Shown here: positions 35,873 to 45,214 of the stretch, one piece after another | Layout of the letters: each line of letters begins with the position of its first letter | Numbering within the stretch: position 1 is the stretch's first letter | Assembly (NCBI GenBank): GCA_963812745.1 | Contig: CAWEWE010000002.1 | Location: forward strand, 11,277-75,276 | Direction of reading: 5' to 3' | Source: an uncultured Chloroflexia bacterium | GTDB lineage: Bacteria > Chloroflexota > Limnocylindria > Limnocylindrales > CSP1-4 | Length of the DNA stretch: 64,000 nucleotides | Notes under the pieces: generated by a model | What the model was told of the DNA's origin: nothing | What the model saw: the letters and a program-made list of their open reading frames with translations, nothing else | Database searches by the model: none | Position numbers and translations under genes: made by a program

Positions 35873-37027
35873 TCAGGCCGCAGCCGCCACGCGGCCGGCC
35901 GCCAGCATGTAGACCGCGGCCTCCTCGACGCCGTCGACGCCGAGCATCTCGTTGATCTGGTCGTCCATGAACGCCCCGACGCCGCACGCGCCGAGACCCA
36001 TCGACGTGGCCGCCAGGTAGGCGTTCTCGCCCAGGTGGCCGGCCTCGAGCAGCCCGTAGCGATAGCTCCGATCCTGGTACTTGGGCCGCATCCGCTGCAT
36101 GATCATCGTCAGGAAGAGGACCACGCCGCACTCGCCGAGGAACTCCTGCGAGATGGCCTGCTCGACGACCTTCGCGCGGAAGTCTCCAGCCCGAACCTGC
36201 TCGAGCGCATGCTCGCGGTAGGCGTAGTGGTAGACGCCGGGGTCGATGCCATCGACGCGATGGACGACCGCGTACACCTCGATGGGATAGAGCGCCCCCG
36301 ACGACGGGGCGGTCCGCCGGGCATTGCCGTACTTGTCGGCCGCGATGCCACTGGTGAGGAACAGCAGCCTCGACAGCTCGGCTGACGACATGGGCGTCGG
36401 GACGTAATCGCGGGTGGAGCGCCGCGCGGCGATGGCCTGCGCCGTCGGCAGCCCACCGTCGAGGTCGGGGGCCGGCAGGTCGACGACCACGGCACCGGGA
36501 TAGGCCTTGTACAGCGCGATCGGCTGGCCCCAGTTGGCGACGGATCCGAGGGCGTCGAGGATGCCCGGCTTGCTCCACTGGTGGTAGATGACCCCGACGT
36601 CGGCACCGGCCTCGATGGGCGGCATTGGCCGCAGTCCTCGGCCGAGCAGGACCCCGGCAACGCCGCCGAGCGTCAGCCCGAACAGGCCTCGCCGTGAAAG
36701 GATCGATCGCCCGAACGTCGCCGGCCAGCCGACCGGCTCGGCGTCAACGTCCCGAATCGTGCGGCGCAGCGGCACGGGGACAGGGGCTGGAGGCCTTGGT
36801 TGCCGCAGCGACCGCCACCGGAACCGCCCATAGGCGATCAGTCGGTCCTGGTTCAGCACGACGTGGGCGGCTGCGAAGACACCCATCGCGTAGCCGGACA
36901 CGGTGTGATACCAGAAGTCGTTGAGGTCCCACAGATCGGCGATGACGCCGGTGAGCGCAGTGGCGACCACGGTCGCCAAGAGTCCGACGGTCGTGACAAA
37001 GTCGACGTCGTGGCGGAGTCTGGTCAT
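35873..37027 (-). CDS. SagB/ThcOx-family nitroreductase-like dehydrogenase fused to an N-terminal 2-TM (DUF4405-like) domain
   Basis: The N-terminus has 2 TM with His residues, then a Tat-like SRRGLFGLTLGGVAG segment. The C-terminal part reads RRSTRDY...RTAPSSGALYPIEVY...GVYHY...YRYGLLEAGHLGENAYLAATSMGLGACGVGAF. Confidence 0.78.
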   Translation of the reverse strand: MTRLRHDVDFVTTVGLLATVVATALTGVIADLWDLNDFWYHTVSGYAMGVFAAAHVVLNQDRLIAYGRFRWRSLRQPRPPAPVPVPLRRTIRDVDAEPVGWPATFGRSILSRRGLFGLTLGGVAGVLLGRGLRPMPPIEAGADVGVIYHQWSKPGILDALGSVANWGQPIALYKAYPGAVVVDLPAPDLDGGLPTAQAIAARRSTRDYVPTPMSSAELSRLLFLTSGIAADKYGNARRTAPSSGALYPIEVYAVVHRVDGIDPGVYHYAYREHALEQVRAGDFRAKVVEQAISQEFLGECGVVLFLTMIMQRMRPKYQDRSYRYGLLEAGHLGENAYLAATSMGLGACGVGAFMDDQINEMLGVDGVEEAAVYMLAAGRVAAAA

Positions 37028-37100
37028 GGCCGAGCCCGTCCGTTGGCGGGACGTGGCGACCGACCCCCTCGCGGGCCGTCGCGGCCCCGCGCCATCGATT

Positions 37101-38798
37101 CTAGGCCCGGGCGGCCACCCGCGCTTTCGAGCCGGTCTTGGCGCGGTCCTTGATGATCTGTCCCGCGGCGAGCTTGCCCGGCGCGCCCATCACGCAGCCG
37201 CCCGGGTGCGTGCCCGAACCGCACTGGTAGTAGCCATCGATCGGCGTGCGGTACTGCGACCAGCCCGGCGCCGGTCGGAAGAAGAACATCTGCGGCGCGA
37301 AGAACTCGCCGGCGAAGATGTTGCCCTCGGACAGCCCGACGGTCCGTTCGATGTCGAGCGGCGTGCGCACCTCGCGCTGGAGCACGAGATCGCCGAAGCC
37401 CGGGAAGAACCGCTCGAGCGTCCGCTGGACGGTGTCGCCGAGGTTTTCCTTCTCGGTGTCCCAGTCGCTCTCGCGCAGCTTGTACGGCGTGTACTGGATG
37501 AAGCAGGACAGGACGTGCTTGCCCGGAGGCGCCATATCGGCGTCGATGGTCGACTGGATGGCCATGTCGATGTACGGGTTTTCCGAGTACCAGCCGTACT
37601 TCGCGTCGTCGAACGCTCGCTCGAGGTAGTCGAGCGACGGCCCGATATTGGTGAAGCCACGGAACTGGTCGCCACGATCGCCCAGGGTCGGGTACTTCAG
37701 CAGCCCGTCGAGGGCGAAGTTGACCTTCGATGACGTGCCCTGGAACCGGAACCGCTGGATGTTCTCGACCAGGTCGTCGGGCAGCTCACGCGGGTTGACG
37801 AGCTCGAGGAAGGTGCGCCGCGGGTCGAGCGCCGAGACGACGGTGTCGGCGTAGAACTCGGTCCCGTCCTGGAGCGCGACCCCGGTCGCCCGCCCGTCCT
37901 TCGTGATGACCGAGTCGACCGGCGCTTCCAGCCGGATCTCGGCACCGAACGACTCGGCGGCCCGTGCCAGCACCTGGGTGAACCCGCCGTTGCCCTTCTT
38001 ATGGAAGGCCCACGACCCGAACTCGCCGTCGTGCTCGCCGATCGAGTGGTAGAGCAGCACGAGTCCGCTCCCCTGCGATCGCGGTCCGACCTTGGTCCCG
38101 ATGATGCTCGACGAGGCGAGGTAGCCCTTGAGCAGCTCGGACTCGAAGTAGTCGTCGAGGAAGTCCGCGGCGCTGCCGGTCAACAGCCGGACCGCGTTGT
38201 GGAGCACCCGCTTGTCCATCCGCTTGAAGCGCGACCCGAGGTTCGCGAGCGCGATCAGCTCCTCCGGGTCGTCGCTGAAGATGTCGGGCGGGACCATGTC
38301 GAGCAGCGGTTTGATGGCCTGGCAGACCATCTCCATGTCGTGGCTGTACTGATCGTAGGCGTCGGCGTCGTGCTTCGAATGCCGCGCGATCTCCTGCTGG
38401 TTCTGGGCGTGGTCCTGGGTGAACAGCAGGTAGTCGCCATCGAGCCCGGGCGCGAACGTCGTCGACATCAGCAGCGGCATGAAGCCGTGCTTGGTCAGCT
38501 CGAGGTCGTGGATGATCTCGGGCCGGAGCAGGCTGAGCGCGTACGAGAAGGTCGTGAACCAGAAGCCCGGTCGAAGCTCCTCGGTGATCGCCGCCCCACC
38601 GACCACGTTCCGGCGCTCGAGGACCAGGGTCTTGAGACCGGCCTTGGCCAGGTACGCGCCGTTGACCAGGCCGTTGTGACCGCCACCGATGACGATCGCG
38701 TCATACGTCCGGTCGCCGCGGCTCGTGGCCTTGGTCGACTTCGGGCCGCCGTTCTTGCGGGTCGTCGGCTTGGTTGGCTTGGGCGCGGTGATCGTCAT
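37101..38798 (-). CDS. Phytoene desaturase-family NAD(P)/FAD-dependent oxidoreductase (CrtI-like, COG1233)
   Basis: 565 aa from ATG 38798. Dinucleotide fold YDAIVIGGGHNGLVNGAYLAKAGLKTLVLERRNVVGGAA. C-terminal YYQCGSGTHPGGCVMGAPG. Confidence 0.85.
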   Translation of the reverse strand: MTITAPKPTKPTTRKNGGPKSTKATSRGDRTYDAIVIGGGHNGLVNGAYLAKAGLKTLVLERRNVVGGAAITEELRPGFWFTTFSYALSLLRPEIIHDLELTKHGFMPLLMSTTFAPGLDGDYLLFTQDHAQNQQEIARHSKHDADAYDQYSHDMEMVCQAIKPLLDMVPPDIFSDDPEELIALANLGSRFKRMDKRVLHNAVRLLTGSAADFLDDYFESELLKGYLASSSIIGTKVGPRSQGSGLVLLYHSIGEHDGEFGSWAFHKKGNGGFTQVLARAAESFGAEIRLEAPVDSVITKDGRATGVALQDGTEFYADTVVSALDPRRTFLELVNPRELPDDLVENIQRFRFQGTSSKVNFALDGLLKYPTLGDRGDQFRGFTNIGPSLDYLERAFDDAKYGWYSENPYIDMAIQSTIDADMAPPGKHVLSCFIQYTPYKLRESDWDTEKENLGDTVQRTLERFFPGFGDLVLQREVRTPLDIERTVGLSEGNIFAGEFFAPQMFFFRPAPGWSQYRTPIDGYYQCGSGTHPGGCVMGAPGKLAAGQIIKDRAKTGSKARVAARA

Positions 38799-38799
38799 G

Positions 38800-40002
38800 T
38801 CAGGCCGTCTTTCGCTCCGGGTTGTAGAGCGGCAGCCGCGCAACGTGCGCCGCGACCTGCTCGTAGTGATGGTCGACGGTGAACTCCAGGTTGACCTTCG
38901 TCCCGAGCTTGGCGAAGTCGGGCCGGACGCGGGCGATCGCGATGTGGCGCTGGAGCATCGGTGAGTACATGAAGCTCGTCGCGTAGCCGACTCGCTCGTA
39001 CTCGTCGTCGTAGAGCATCCAGTCCTCGACCACCGGGGCGTGGTCCTTGGGTGGGATCAGCCCCGCCTCGTTGTAGACACGATCGTAGTCCCGCCAGTCC
39101 ACGATCAGGCCACGCAGCGACCAGCGCGACGTCTTGTCGGCGATCTCCTTCTCGAGCGCCTTGCGGCCGATGAACGCGCGGTCGTCGGTCTTGAGATCCT
39201 TGAACATCCACCCCCAACCGAGCTCGATGGGCGACGAGCGATGGGCGTCGTTCCAGGCGAACCGGCTCGAGTCGAAATCGGCCTCCATTAGCAACAGGCC
39301 GGCCTCGATGCGGAGCATGTACAGCGCGGCCAGGCCGAACGGCAGCACGCCGTGACCCTCGACGGACTCCCAGAGCGTGTCCCAGACGTGGAGTGCGTCG
39401 GGCGTGTCGATCCAGATCTCGTAGCCGAGGTCGCCGCTGTAGCCGGTCCGACTGACGGTGACACCCGCACCACCGATCTCGCCCTTGGCGACGCCGAAGT
39501 ACGGGATGTGCTCCATCTGCGGGACGAGCTGCTTAAGGAGGTTGCGGCTGCGGGGGCCCTGCAGCGCGAGGGCGCCCATCTCCTGACTGACGTCCTCGAT
39601 CCGGACGCCGTCGCGGCCGATGCGGTCGGCGAAGTAGGCGAAGTTCGGCTCAGCACACGTAAGGAGGTATTCGTCCTTGGACAGCCGCAGGATGACGCCG
39701 TCCTCGACCACGAAGCCGCGGTCGTCGAGCCAGCACGTGTACTGGGCGTGGCCGGGTTCACAGGCCCGGATGTCCCGTGCCAGCACGCCGCTCAGGAACC
39801 TCTCGGCGTCCCGCCCGGTGATGCGGTACTTGTACAGGGGGCTGGTGTCGAAGATGCCGGCGGCGTTGCGGACAGCGAAGTACTCGAACTTGTCCGACAT
39901 CTGGTACCTGTCTGCCGCCAGGTAGCCCGACCAGTGGCTCCAGAGCTGCGTCTCGTTGAGCGCGTTGGTTCGTTCATGGAACGGGGTGCCGCGGATCGCC
40001 AT
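38800..40002 (-). CDS. Aminomethyltransferase (GcvT / glycine-cleavage T) family protein
   Basis: FDTSPLYKYRITGRDAERFL...ALQGPRSRNLL...VSRTGYSGDLGYEIW. Its stop is 1 nt before the downstream oxidoreductase start. Confidence 0.85.
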   Translation of the reverse strand: MAIRGTPFHERTNALNETQLWSHWSGYLAADRYQMSDKFEYFAVRNAAGIFDTSPLYKYRITGRDAERFLSGVLARDIRACEPGHAQYTCWLDDRGFVVEDGVILRLSKDEYLLTCAEPNFAYFADRIGRDGVRIEDVSQEMGALALQGPRSRNLLKQLVPQMEHIPYFGVAKGEIGGAGVTVSRTGYSGDLGYEIWIDTPDALHVWDTLWESVEGHGVLPFGLAALYMLRIEAGLLLMEADFDSSRFAWNDAHRSSPIELGWGWMFKDLKTDDRAFIGRKALEKEIADKTSRWSLRGLIVDWRDYDRVYNEAGLIPPKDHAPVVEDWMLYDDEYERVGYATSFMYSPMLQRHIAIARVRPDFAKLGTKVNLEFTVDHHYEQVAAHVARLPLYNPERKTA

Positions 40003-40069
40003 CGTTCGGGACGATACCCGCTATTGGACGTCTGCGCAATATCGTCCTACGCTGCGGGGCGTGAAGCGG

Positions 40070-40663
40070 ATGACGCCGGCGGAACGCCGCGAGGCGATCG
40101 TGGCGGCGACGGTCGAGGTGGCGCGACGCAAGGGCCTCGCGTCGACGACGGTCCGCGATGTCGCGGCCGAGATGGGGACGTCGTCCGGGCTCATCCACCA
40201 CTACTTCACATCGATGGACGAGGTGCTCGCCGCGGCGTTCGAGGTCGTCGCGAGCCAGGACCTCGGGCTCTCGGCGCGGCTGATGGCCGAGGCGCCCTCG
40301 CCGGTGGAGGCGCTGCGGGTGTTCTTCCGGACCTACACCCCGTCCGACAAGGACTGGGCGTTCCAGCTCTGGCTCGACGCGTGGGCCGAGGCGGCCCGCC
40401 GGCCGGCCGTCCAAGCCACGTCGCGGCGGCTGAACCTCGAGTGGCAAGGGCTGCTGGAACGGACGATCGCCGATGGCGTGCGGTCCGGCGCGTTCACCTG
40501 CCCCGACCCGGGGAGTGCCGCGTGGCGGATCCTGTCGTTGCTCGACGGGCTGGCGCTCCAGGTCGTCGCCCATGGCACGACGATCAGCCGCCAGGATGTG
40601 GTGGCCTGGTCGACGGCCGCCGCCGAGCGCGAACTGGGCCTCGTCGCGGGAACGCTGGGTTAG
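40070..40663 (+). CDS. TetR family transcriptional regulator
   Basis: RREAIVAATVEVARRKGLASTTVRDVAAEMGTSSGLIHHYF. Alternative GTG 40061. Divergent from the GcvT-like operon. Confidence 0.85.
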   Translation: MTPAERREAIVAATVEVARRKGLASTTVRDVAAEMGTSSGLIHHYFTSMDEVLAAAFEVVASQDLGLSARLMAEAPSPVEALRVFFRTYTPSDKDWAFQLWLDAWAEAARRPAVQATSRRLNLEWQGLLERTIADGVRSGAFTCPDPGSAAWRILSLLDGLALQVVAHGTTISRQDVVAWSTAAAERELGLVAGTLG

Positions 40664-41712
40664 GCGCGGACCTCCTGGCGCATGAACAGCACGTAGGCCG
40701 CGGCGAAGCAGGCGACCGTCATCGCGATGAGCGCCACGAGCTGCGGCCACACGAGGAGCAGGCTCTGGTCGATCGACAGGAACGACTGGATCTGCAACTG
40801 GCGCTGGATCTCCTCGCCGATGCTCCCCGACGTGCCGGTCCCCGTGATCCGCGGGCTCAGCAGCACGAGCGAGATGTCGCTGTACAGCGTCGTCGGCAGG
40901 AGTCGCAGGATCGTGGACTGGGCGGACGCCGCCCGCAGGTTCTCCTCCGAAAGTGCGGATGACACCGGCACGAGGAACGCCAGGACGAAGCGAGCCAGGA
41001 ACTGACCGAAGACCGTCAGGATGAGCCACGCCCCGAACCCGATGAGTGCCGAGGTCGCCGCTCGTCGGAACACCACGGACAACAAGAGCCCGAATGCCAA
41101 CCAGAGGCCGACGTAGACGATCGTCGCGAGGATCCAGAGCAGGAGCCGCAGGATCTCATAGGGTGCCGGGACGATACCCAGCCTGAGGATCCCGAAGGCG
41201 GCGACGAACCCGCAGACGGTGACGAGGACCAGGGTGATCACGGCGAGCCCGGCTGCGAACTTGCCGTTGATCACGTCGTCGCGGTGGATCGGCTGCGACA
41301 GGAGCCTGGGCAGCGTGCCCTGCGAGCGCTCGCCATTGATGGCGTCGAACATGAACGCCAGCCCGAGCAGCGGCGCCACCAACCCGACGAACGACTGGAC
41401 GGTCAGGTCGAGCTGCAGGATCGAGATGTCCTGGGTGCCGGCGATGAACAGCGCGATGAACAGCGCTGGGATCCCGCTCACCTCGGAGGCGATGCTCGTG
41501 ATCTGCTCCGTCGCGAGGAAGATCGGGATGCCGGCGGCGAGACCCAGGATCAGGAGCAGCACGACGAACCGTGACGACAGCAGGTGGTCGCCGAACTCCT
41601 TCCTGGCGATCACCATCCAGCCCGCACGTGGGATCGAGCGTTCGCGCACCGCGGGCTGCTCCGGCTGCTCCGCGGCCGGTGTCGCGGTGGTGTCGGCGGT
41701 CGTGCTCGTCAT
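40660..41712 (-). CDS. ABC-2 type transporter permease
   Basis: 350 aa, about 6 TM. IARKEFGDHLLSSRFVV is a typical ABC-2/NosY-like N-terminus. ATGA overlap with the ATPase gene. Confidence 0.75.
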   Translation of the reverse strand: MTSTTADTTATPAAEQPEQPAVRERSIPRAGWMVIARKEFGDHLLSSRFVVLLLILGLAAGIPIFLATEQITSIASEVSGIPALFIALFIAGTQDISILQLDLTVQSFVGLVAPLLGLAFMFDAINGERSQGTLPRLLSQPIHRDDVINGKFAAGLAVITLVLVTVCGFVAAFGILRLGIVPAPYEILRLLLWILATIVYVGLWLAFGLLLSVVFRRAATSALIGFGAWLILTVFGQFLARFVLAFLVPVSSALSEENLRAASAQSTILRLLPTTLYSDISLVLLSPRITGTGTSGSIGEEIQRQLQIQSFLSIDQSLLLVWPQLVALIAMTVACFAAAYVLFMRQEVRA

Positions 41713-42818
41713 GCCGGCACCTCTCTCGGCGTCCGTCGAGACGGTTCGGACCGGCCGCTAGCGCGCGGGCCCGACACGGCTCGCCGATAGATGTCTTCGA
41801 GCGACGGGACGATCGCCCGGATCGACGTCAACGGCAGCTGCTCGCGCGCCACCGCCGCCAGCACGGCTGTGCGGACGGTCGCGGGGTCCGCGCCCTGGGC
41901 GATCGAGATGTGCCACGGATCGCCGGGCCTGATGCTGTCGTTCAGTGCCGTGACGCCGGGAACGGCGCGGAGGACCGACCGCGCCGCCTCGACGTCCTGG
42001 GTCGAATGCACGTCGAGCCCGATCTCGAGCTCCTTCTGCCCCTCGCCGAACCGCTCGGCGAGCTGCTCCATGGTGCCCTGCCCGATCAGCCGCCCGGCGG
42101 CGAAGATGCCGATCCGGTCGCACACGGACTGGACCTGGTTGAGCAAGTGCGACGACAGCAGGATCGCCATGCCGCGCTCACGGACGAGGCTGCGGAGCAG
42201 ATCCAGGATCTCGGTCACGCCGAGCGGGTCGATCGCGGTCGTCGGCTCGTCGAGGATCAGGACGTCGGGATCCTTGACCAACGCATCGGCGATGCCGAGG
42301 CGCTGGATCATGCCCCGCGAGTACTCCTCGACCGGATCGTCAGCGCGATCGGTCAGACCGACCTGGTCGAGCACCGCGTCGATCGTGGCCTCCGTCTCGT
42401 CCCGATCAAGTCGGTTGAGCCGGGCGGTGTAGCGCAAGTTCTCGCGTCCGGTCAGGTCGCCGTAGAAACCGACGCTATCGGGCAGGTAGCCGACCCGCCG
42501 CTTGACCTCGAGCGGGCCGCGTGACGGATCGAGCCCGACGACGCGCGCCGCGCCTTCGCTGATCTCGGTGAGACCGAGGAGCATCAGGATCGTCGTCGTC
42601 TTGCCCGCGCCGTTCTGGCCGAGGAGCCCGAAGATCTCGCCGGCGCGGACGTCAAGATCGAGATGGTCGACGGCGACGAGATCGTCGTAGCGCTTGGTCA
42701 GGCCGCGGGTCTTGATCCGGATCGGCATCGATGGCGTGGCCCCGTCGGCCACCGCTGCCGTTCCTTCACGCCTCCCCGAGCGACGCTTCGACGCGATCCG
42801 TCCCGGGTTTGTGCTCAT
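41709..42818 (-). CDS. ABC transporter ATP-binding protein
   Basis: Walker A GQNGAGKTT, signature YSRGMIQRL, Walker B VLILDEPT. ATGA overlap with the upstream gene; alternative ATG 42728. Confidence 0.9.
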   Translation of the reverse strand: MSTNPGRIASKRRSGRREGTAAVADGATPSMPIRIKTRGLTKRYDDLVAVDHLDLDVRAGEIFGLLGQNGAGKTTTILMLLGLTEISEGAARVVGLDPSRGPLEVKRRVGYLPDSVGFYGDLTGRENLRYTARLNRLDRDETEATIDAVLDQVGLTDRADDPVEEYSRGMIQRLGIADALVKDPDVLILDEPTTAIDPLGVTEILDLLRSLVRERGMAILLSSHLLNQVQSVCDRIGIFAAGRLIGQGTMEQLAERFGEGQKELEIGLDVHSTQDVEAARSVLRAVPGVTALNDSIRPGDPWHISIAQGADPATVRTAVLAAVAREQLPLTSIRAIVPSLEDIYRRAVSGPRASGRSEPSRRTPREVPA

Positions 42819-43990
42819 CGTCGCCCGTAGGTCCGGAAGACGTAGAACAGGCCCCCGAGGATCAGCACGATCAGGCCGATCCCCACGATCGCCCAGATGG
42901 GCGACGTCTCGACGGTGAACCGGATCTGGGCCGTCTCGCCGGTGGTGTTCTCGGCTGACTTCGCATCGAATGTCACGACGTAGTCACCCGCCACGGCGTC
43001 GCCAGAGGGAGTGACGGTCGCCGAGATCCTGCCGGTCGCCCCCGGTTCGATCGAGGGAAGGCCGGCCTCCGGGTCGACGGTCACGGTCCAGCCGGTGGGT
43101 GCCGATCCCACGAGCGTCACATTCGTGATCGGCGCGGTCCCGGTGTTGGTGATCTCGAAATCCTGCTTGGTCGCCGAACCAGCGGAACCCCGGGTGGACA
43201 AGACGTCACCCGGCGTCGACAGCTGCATCGAGTACGAACCCGTCACGGCGATCGCGAGGTCGGCCTGGACGGTCCGCTCACCGGCCGTCGCGGTCACCTG
43301 GATCGGGTAGGTGTCGGCGGGCGTGCCCTCGGCGGGCGTGACCGTGACGCTGATGTTCTGCGTCGCACCGGTCTCCACCACGGTCGATGCCGCGTCGGTC
43401 GCCCCGACGAGTGCCGTGTCGATCGTCCAGCCGGTCGGGCCGGTGGCGGTCGCCGAGACCGTAACGTCCTGCGCCGTGTCGTTCTTGAGCTGCAGGTCGA
43501 ACTTGAATTCCTTGTCGGAGGCGCCGGTCAGCTCCGGGGTGTTGGTCGTCAGGGTCAGGGTCCCGGCGGCCTCGGCATTCACGCGGATGCTCACCGGCAG
43601 TGTGTCGTCGGCGCCGCCGCCGCGAGCCTGCACGCGGATCGTCGAGGTGCCGGCGGGAGCGTCGGCGGGCACGGTCACGTCGAGCCGCACCTCGCCCTTC
43701 GACCCCGGGGCCACGGCGACAGCGTCGACCACGAACCCGCCGCCCAGCAGGCTGGCGGTCCAGCCGCTCGGCACGCCGGCCAGCGACAGGGTGATGTCTG
43801 CCCGGCGGACCGACGTGACCTCCAGGTCGAAGCTGACCTTGTTGCCGGGAGCGACCACGACGGCCGGGAACTGCGTTGTGACCTCGAGCCCGTTCGCGGC
43901 GCCGGCCATGGGCGCGAACGCGGTGAGGCCGAGTGACGAGATGATGAGCGCGGCCATGACGGGGGCACGCCGCGCGACCCTAGTGCGCAA
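42815..43990 (-). CDS. Secreted, C-terminally membrane-anchored protein with repeated NEW3-like beta-sandwich domains
   Basis: TTG 43990 with RBS AGGAGGG. Signal peptide ...FAPMAGA-ANG. Three to four repeats of the type PxGWT(A/I/V)...V..G....V.V.VT(V)P..A.AG.Y, then a terminal TM IWAIVGIGLIVLILGGLFYVF. Confidence 0.65.
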   Translation of the reverse strand: MRTRVARRAPVMAALIISSLGLTAFAPMAGAANGLEVTTQFPAVVVAPGNKVSFDLEVTSVRRADITLSLAGVPSGWTASLLGGGFVVDAVAVAPGSKGEVRLDVTVPADAPAGTSTIRVQARGGGADDTLPVSIRVNAEAAGTLTLTTNTPELTGASDKEFKFDLQLKNDTAQDVTVSATATGPTGWTIDTALVGATDAASTVVETGATQNISVTVTPAEGTPADTYPIQVTATAGERTVQADLAIAVTGSYSMQLSTPGDVLSTRGSAGSATKQDFEITNTGTAPITNVTLVGSAPTGWTVTVDPEAGLPSIEPGATGRISATVTPSGDAVAGDYVVTFDAKSAENTTGETAQIRFTVETSPIWAIVGIGLIVLILGGLFYVFRTYGRR

Positions 43991-44170
43991 GGTTTCCCTC
44001 CTGGGTGTCGAGCGGTGGTCGGAGTGGGACCGCCGACGAGTCTGCCAAAGTCGGTCGCGACGATACAACCACGCGCCGATTCACGGTTGGTTTGGTTTAT
44101 TGAATCATGAGAACGCGGGTTCCGTCCCGCCGTGCGGGGCCGCAACGGATGCCCGCGTAGACTTTTCCGC

Positions 44171-45040
44171 GTGAGTCTCTACACGCTGGCCGGACCGGGC
44201 AGTCCGGGCGATCCCGGCGACCTGATCGCACCCACGTTCGTGGCGGCGTTCGACGGCTGGGTCGACGCCGGGAGCGCCGCGACGACGGCGCTGGAGAACC
44301 TGCTGGATGATGCCGTCGATGTCGCGACATTCGACCCGGACGCGCTGTTCGACTATCGAGCTCGGCGCCCGACGCTCCAGATCGTCGACGGCCGACTGGC
44401 CGAGCTGACCTGGCCCGAGCTGGTGGTGCGGCGTGCCCGCTTCTCGGAGCGCGACCTGCTGGTCCTGGCCGGCCCCGAACCCGACGATCGGTGGCAGGCG
44501 TTCGCGGACGCCGTCGTGGAGCTGGCCCGCCGGCTCGGTGTGGTCGAGTGGGTGAGCCTCGGGGCGATCCCGGCTGCCGTCCCGCATACGCGCGATGTCC
44601 CGATCCTGGGCACGACCTCCGAACCGGGAAGGCTGCGCGGGGATATCCAGCCAGGCCCAGCTGGTCTGTTGCGCGTGCCGGCGGCGGCCATCAGCGTGCT
44701 CGAGATGGCGGTGGCCGAGGCCGGGATCCCGGCCGTGGGGTATTTCGCGCAGGTCCCCCACTATGTCTCGGGTCCGTATCCGGCGGCGTCGCTGGCGTTG
44801 GTCCAGGCGCTTGGTCGGCACCTCAGCGTCGAGCTGCCGACGGGCGATCTGGCCGACGAGGCACGGCAGCTTCGATCGCGGCTCGACACCGCGACCGCCC
44901 TCGAGGAGACGACGCGCACGTATGTCGAGCGGCTCGAGTCGATGGTCGACGAGCAGCGCCTGCCGTCCGGCGACGACCTGATCGGCGAGATCGAGCGCTT
45001 CCTGCGCGAGGGCGGCACGGAGGGCCGGCCGCAGGGCTGA
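44171..45040 (+). CDS. PAC2 (proteasome assembly chaperone 2-like) family protein
   Basis: 289 aa from GTG 44171. FVAAFDGWVDAGSAATTALENL...LLVLAGPEPDDRW...VGYFAQVPHY is typical of the actinobacterial PAC2 family. Confidence 0.8.
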   Translation: MSLYTLAGPGSPGDPGDLIAPTFVAAFDGWVDAGSAATTALENLLDDAVDVATFDPDALFDYRARRPTLQIVDGRLAELTWPELVVRRARFSERDLLVLAGPEPDDRWQAFADAVVELARRLGVVEWVSLGAIPAAVPHTRDVPILGTTSEPGRLRGDIQPGPAGLLRVPAAAISVLEMAVAEAGIPAVGYFAQVPHYVSGPYPAASLALVQALGRHLSVELPTGDLADEARQLRSRLDTATALEETTRTYVERLESMVDEQRLPSGDDLIGEIERFLREGGTEGRPQG

Positions 45041-45139
45041 GCCGCGGTGGCTCGTGCGGACTTCGCCCCGTTCGTGCTTCCCGGACTGCAGGCGGCGATC
45101 GAGGGGTCCGACCAGGTCACCTTCGACCGATGGCCGTGC

Positions 45140-45152
45140 CTGTGAAGCACAC
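45140..45152. repeat. 13-bp direct repeat copy 1 (CTGTGAAGCACAC)
   Basis: An identical 13-mer recurs at 45202-45214, in the PAC2-WYL intergenic region. Confidence 0.85.
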
Positions 45153-45201
45153 TTTGGACCTCGAAACGCTCCGGCGGACGCCTTGGGGGGCCTTCTGCAG
45201 T

Positions 45202-45214
45202 CTGTGAAGCACAC
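45202..45214. repeat. 13-bp direct repeat copy 2 (CTGTGAAGCACAC)
   Basis: Identical to 45140-45152, with 62 bp spacing. Confidence 0.85.

Noticed and set aside
39352-40962. 536-aa plus-strand ORF spanning the GcvT-like, TetR and permease region
   Set aside because: It crosses three well-supported genes in other frames or strands and has nonsense composition.
44111-44122. Second GAAC-N4-GTTC core (GAGAACGCGGGTTCCG) upstream of the PAC2 gene
   Set aside because: Only the 4+4 core matches. The flanks and the GC-rich spacer do not extend the palindrome. About 0.5 such cores are expected by chance in a window of this size and composition. It is not called as a LexA site without a genome-wide PWM.
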